From: Alkalihalobacterium alkalinitrilicum
GTDB taxonomy: Bacteria > Bacillota > Bacilli > Bacillales > Bacillaceae_F
Direction of reading: 5' to 3'
NCBI RefSeq assembly: GCF_002019605.1
Contig: NZ_KV917368.1
Span: forward strand, 2,735,517-2,759,516
DNA length: 24,000 bases
Position 1 is the stretch's first letter. The number at the start of each line of letters is the position of its first letter. A model generated the notes under the pieces. It made no database searches. It was not told the DNA's origin and saw only the letters and a program-made list of their open reading frames with translations. The position numbers and the translations under genes are program-made. Below, one piece after another: positions 22,382-24,000 of this stretch.

Positions 22382-23419
22382 CTATAAGTGATTTCTGTAA
22401 ATATTCAACAAATCAATTAATAACGAGTAGCCTGTTTCTGTCCGCCCAGCTCCAGGACCAGAAAGCGTAATCGTTCCTGCGAGATCACACTCAAAGGATA
22501 CGGCATTGATAACACCTTGAACTTGAGCTAACGGATGTGTTTCATCCATCATTTCAGGTTGAACCGATGCCTTGACGACACCATGTTCCTTTCGTACGCG
22601 AGCAATGAGCTTCCACCGCTTTCCTTGTGCTTTCGCTTTTTTAATATCATAGGGAGTGAGTTGCGTAATTCCATCACAAGCAACATCATCCACTTTTAAA
22701 GTCGTATTCATGACCGTATTGGCGAGAATAACAATTTTATATCGAGCGTCATAGCCCTCCACATCACTCGTTGGATCAGCTTCGGCAAACCCTTTGTTTT
22801 GAGCTTCCGTTAACGCTTCTTCATAGGAAAGACCTTCCTCCATTCTGAGTAACATATAGTTGGTCGTTCCGTTTAAAATGCCTGAAATTTCATTTATGTC
22901 ATTACCAGCTAGTGCAGTCAGTGGCATTCTCAGCGCAGGGGTTCCACTCATTACTGTCCCTTCAAATCCCCACCGAACTCCGTGTTGGTTCGCTAATTGT
23001 GAGAGTTCCTTATAGGCGAGTGCAACTGGTCCTTTATTACTCATCACAACATGCTTTCCAGCCGCAAAAGCCGTTTTGCAATGATCGATGGCAGGCTGAC
23101 CTGTTTTTACATCTGTAAATGTCACTTCAACAATCGTATCTGCATTCGTCTGTTCAATCGTTTCAAAGCTATCTAGGTCACGAATGAGCCCCTCACTTTC
23201 AGGATAATCGTCTAACGTTCCTGTTTTTTTCACAATCGCTAAGGCTTTTTCGATATCAATTCCTTCTGGATCATAAATCGAACCTTTTATCATATCGGAA
23301 ATCGCAACGACTTTGCCTTCCCAACCTGTTTCCGCTTTTAAGGCATCTTTTTTTTGGAGCAAGATTTCAGCCAGCCCTTGGCCGACGGTGCCAAATCCTA
23401 ATAAAGCTAGTTTTTGCAA
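22382..23419 (-). CDS. Short-form homoserine dehydrogenase family protein (no ACT domain)
   Basis: NAD-binding N-terminus LALLGFGTVGQGLAEIL. Homoserine_dh core (GTVMSGTPAL, ILNGTTNYML, AQNKGFAEADPTSDVEGYDA). TTG start supported by GGAGGAGG 8 nt upstream. Confidence 0.8.
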   Translation of the reverse strand: MQKLALLGFGTVGQGLAEILLQKKDALKAETGWEGKVVAISDMIKGSIYDPEGIDIEKALAIVKKTGTLDDYPESEGLIRDLDSFETIEQTNADTIVEVTFTDVKTGQPAIDHCKTAFAAGKHVVMSNKGPVALAYKELSQLANQHGVRWGFEGTVMSGTPALRMPLTALAGNDINEISGILNGTTNYMLLRMEEGLSYEEALTEAQNKGFAEADPTSDVEGYDARYKIVILANTVMNTTLKVDDVACDGITQLTPYDIKKAKAQGKRWKLIARVRKEHGVVKASVQPEMMDETHPLAQVQGVINAVSFECDLAGTITLSGPGAGRTETGYSLLIDLLNIYRNHL

Positions 23420-23443
23420 AAATTTCGCCTCCTCCTGAAGTGG

Positions 23444-24000
23444 CTATCGAACTGCCTCTTTCGCGTACGTAAAGGCTTCTTTAAAATCGTTGATGATATC
23501 TTCCGCATTTTCAATTCCGCAGGAAACCCGAATTAATCCTTCTGGAATGCCCATCGCTTTTCGTTCTTCTGGCGTACATTCCACATGACTTGTCGTTCTT
23601 GCAGGACCGACCGTTGTTTCTACTGCGCCTAAGTTGGCTGCACGATTCGCGAATGTGAGGTTTGGTAAAAGTTTTTTCACAGTATCTATGCCACCTTTTA
23701 CAGCAAAGCTCAACATCCCGCCAAAACCAACCATTTGTTGTTTTGCAATGTCATGATTCGGATGTTCTTCAAGCCCTGGATAGAAAACGGACTCTACTAT
23801 TTCTTCTGATTTTAAATAGTTTGCTAGTTTTAATGCGTTTTCTTCTTGACGGCGAACGCGAAGTTCGAGCGTCTTCATTCCACGTAGGATGAGATATGCG
23901 GCCCACGGGTCCATCGTTGCTCCATTGATTTCACGATAATGATAAATTTTTTCGATATATTCTTCATTGTTACTGCAAGCCACTCCCCCTAATGCATCCG
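23444..24000 (-). CDS. Cys/Met-metabolism PLP-dependent enzyme (cystathionine gamma-synthase/lyase or methionine gamma-lyase family), C-terminal part; N-terminus beyond the right edge
   Basis: The C-terminal domain pattern ...DPWAAYLILRGMKTLELRV...FGGMLSF...LGAVETTV..PARTTSH.......GIPEGLIRVSCGIE is typical of the family. The track M at 23983 is a GTG inside a frame that stays open to position 24000 (..DALGGVACS). Confidence 0.85.
   Translation of the reverse strand, partial: DALGGVACSNNEEYIEKIYHYREINGATMDPWAAYLILRGMKTLELRVRRQEENALKLANYLKSEEIVESVFYPGLEEHPNHDIAKQQMVGFGGMLSFAVKGGIDTVKKLLPNLTFANRAANLGAVETTVGPARTTSHVECTPEERKAMGIPEGLIRVSCGIENAEDIINDFKEAFTYAKEAVR

Noticed and set aside
442-22470. 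About 25 short track ORFs of 61-98 aa that lie inside longer genes on the opposite strand or in another frame. Examples: 442-630, 886-1071, 1076-1273, 3812-4006, 8145-8441, 10100-10318, 10731-10925, 10735-11025, 11730-11936, 12222-12434, 12354-12542, 15424-15717, 15922-16119, 16897-17106, 17471-17659, 19653-19895, 22092-22301, 22148-22387, 22255-22470, 22912-23118 and 23662-23892.
   Set aside because: Each lies largely within a longer ORF that has clear family motifs and an RBS. The translations are low-complexity or Ser/Leu/Phe-rich shadow-frame products with no RBS or recognisable motif.
1-24000. Search for CRISPR repeats, IS elements, integrases, phage genes, defence-system signatures, and tRNA or rRNA genes.
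   Set aside because: No regularly spaced direct repeats were found. No transposase, recombinase, nuclease, helicase or ATPase ORFs occur outside the polysaccharide and metabolic genes, and nothing resembles a tRNA cloverleaf or rRNA.

Overview
AT-rich Bacillaceae-type chromosomal segment. No rRNA, tRNA, CRISPR array, transposase or integrase was seen. There are three blocks. (1) Positions 1-17844, minus strand: a long, tightly packed eps-type exopolysaccharide operon. It encodes a Wzz-like modulator, a BY-kinase, EpsC, GtaB, EpsD/F/G/L/N-like proteins, several GT2/GT4/GT32 glycosyltransferases and a pyruvyl transferase. It runs off the left edge. (2) Positions 18034-20630: a dense Sin-family regulatory island. 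It holds a SlrR-like XRE regulator, two SinI-like anti-repressor ORFs that are too short for the supplied ORF track, SinR, an HTH-only SinR paralog and a small PilZ-like beta-rich protein. A recurring 16-bp palindrome (GTTCTTTATAAAGAAC and variants) sits on essentially every promoter-like element here. It also occurs once inside the eps operon. (3) Positions 20840-24000, minus strand: a metabolic operon of a Cys/Met-family PLP enzyme (partial), a short homoserine dehydrogenase and an aldehyde dehydrogenase. The points most worth follow-up are: the multi-paralog Sin circuit and its operator family; the PilZ-like/HTH-only operon; an EAR-like structured RNA with a pseudoknot, a nested-palindrome hairpin and a 47-aa ORF in the epsB-epsC gap; a BY-kinase with no C-terminal tyrosine cluster; and a formyltransferase+cupin cassette at the position where B. 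subtilis carries epsM. All family calls rest on motif recognition and recalled B. subtilis sequences. No database search or RNA folding was run.
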